From: Salpingoeca rosetta
Taxonomy: Eukaryota > Protista > Choanoflagellata
Length of the DNA: 64,000 nucleotides
Assembly (NCBI GenBank): GCA_033442325.1
Contig: JAWQFM010000036.1
Coordinates: 381,501 to 445,500, forward strand
Reading direction: 5' to 3'
Shown here: positions 62,797 through 64,000 of the stretch, in pieces
How positions within the stretch are numbered: position 1 is the first letter of the stretch
Layout: every line of letters starts with the position of its first letter
The notes under the pieces: model-generated
Databases searched by the model: none
The model's input: only the letters and a program-made list of their open reading frames with translations
What the model was told of the DNA's origin: nothing
Program-made: the position numbers and the translations under genes

Positions 62797-64000
62797 GACA
62801 CACACACACACAGACAGACACACACACACACAGACAGACACACACACATGCAACACACACAATTACACTACACTCACTTTGTGAGGAAGAAAGGGTGGAA
62901 GATGTAGAATGTGGACTGGCCGCCCAGGTCAAACACCTTGAACGTGACCTGCGCTTCGTCCAATGCTCCGTCCAAATCCATCTCCCTGATGGCCTTTTCA
63001 ACATCTCCTGGCGACGGCGAGTACGCAGCAGAAGCCGATGATGGGGTCGGTCGTGGCTTTGGGACAGTGGACGGTTTCTTCGCGGTGCTGGTCGTCGATG
63101 GTGAAGAAGATGGGCTGGCGGAAGTGGTACGCTGCGTGCACTGCGACGGCGTGGGCTGCACTGGCGACTGCTTCGCTGTGTCGGTGGCACTCCCCTGATC
63201 TTGTTCCTCACCGCGCGGTGTGTGTTGGCACGTTGCTTCTTGCTGTTCTCGTTGTTGCTGTCTCACGCGCTGCTGGTGCTCAGCCGCTGCCCTGTCTGCA
63301 CGCTGTCTCATTTTCTTGGCCAACTTGGTCTTTCTCGCCAGCGCCGTGTCTCGCAGCGTACGCAGATACTCCGACAGCCTGCCATCCGTGGCCTATGAAA
63401 AGGTGTGTGTGTATGTGTAAGTATGTGTGTATGTGTGTATTTGTGTGTGTGTGTGTGTGCTGGTGGAATGCGGAGGTGCGCGGTGCAGGGGTGCATTCAC
63501 TCTCGGTCACGCACGCGCGCGCACACACACACACAATGCGCACCTTCCAGCTGAAGACATCCTTGGTGTTGACAATGACTGCAGTGTCGTGGGCTGTAGC
63601 GCCTCGGGTCGAGTCTTGCGTCCGCTGGAACCTCTTCCCCATCAACGAGCGAAGCGTGGTTGTCTTGCCAGCCCGCCCCTCACCAACAAACATCAGTTTC
63701 GCGCGTGCCGCCATCCGCGTGCCGGAGCGCTCAGCGATATCGCTCATGATGGACGTCATCTCCGCATAGTGGCGGGGCTGAAAGGAGTAGAGAACAGGGG
63801 AGTTGGTATACATGACGCGATGCATTCAAAACCTTGTGGTCAGTTGTGACACTGCACACGCGCCCACGCACACACATACATTCACACGCGTGCATGCACA
63901 CGCACGTGCACGCCCAAGCAACCTATCACACACGCATGACTCGCTGACCTGAGGATGCGAGAGAAGCGTTACAATGTCGCTGTTCCCACGCTGCCAACGA
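60173..64000 (-). CDS. ROCO-family protein: Roc GTPase-COR-TIR-SAM-like; 5' end lies outside the window
   Basis: Roc KLMFVGEGRAGKTT, STRG, FDLGGQSTFY, IVGTHAD; COR LQFLHLYSMVLYY...ILSPQW, YLVPSNLP, FLPEGLF; TIR YDAFISYR...VFVD...DNVLLEW; SAM-like SFEEWLSSLSL...GVPVGAAARLIHAF. Confidence 0.9.

Overview
Eukaryotic, GC-rich, intron-rich genomic DNA saturated with (CA/TG)n microsatellites and homopolymeric amino-acid tracts, with three assembly gaps. Gene content and style point to a choanoflagellate, most likely Salpingoeca rosetta (inference). About 15 protein-coding genes can be reconstructed by hand: an EAR/EPTP-repeat plus multi-cadherin protein (runs off the left edge), a securin-like protein with a CDE/CHR element upstream, a degenerate thioredoxin-fold secretory protein, two inverted paralogous Golgi-type sulfotransferases, a 1801-aa single-exon glycosyltransferase fusing a methyltransferase-like region, a GT32 domain and an ABO-type GT6 domain, a 4-EF-hand protein, a PTB-like protein, a 4-CBS protein, a GH27 alpha-N-acetylgalactosaminidase, a DENND5/Rab6IP1 orthologue, a helical-repeat protein with a split SOCS box, a PAN-domain sulfatase, an intron-containing Sola-like DDD transposase, and a Roc-COR-TIR-SAM (ROCO) protein running off the right edge. 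Best candidates for novelty: (1) the GT32-GT6 fusion within a loose cluster of alpha-Gal/GalNAc- and sulfate-handling enzymes, (2) a probable choanoflagellate securin under a DREAM-type promoter element, (3) a ROCO-TIR-SAM putative immune NADase, (4) an EAR-cadherin. All domain calls come from motif recognition by eye; no searches were run.
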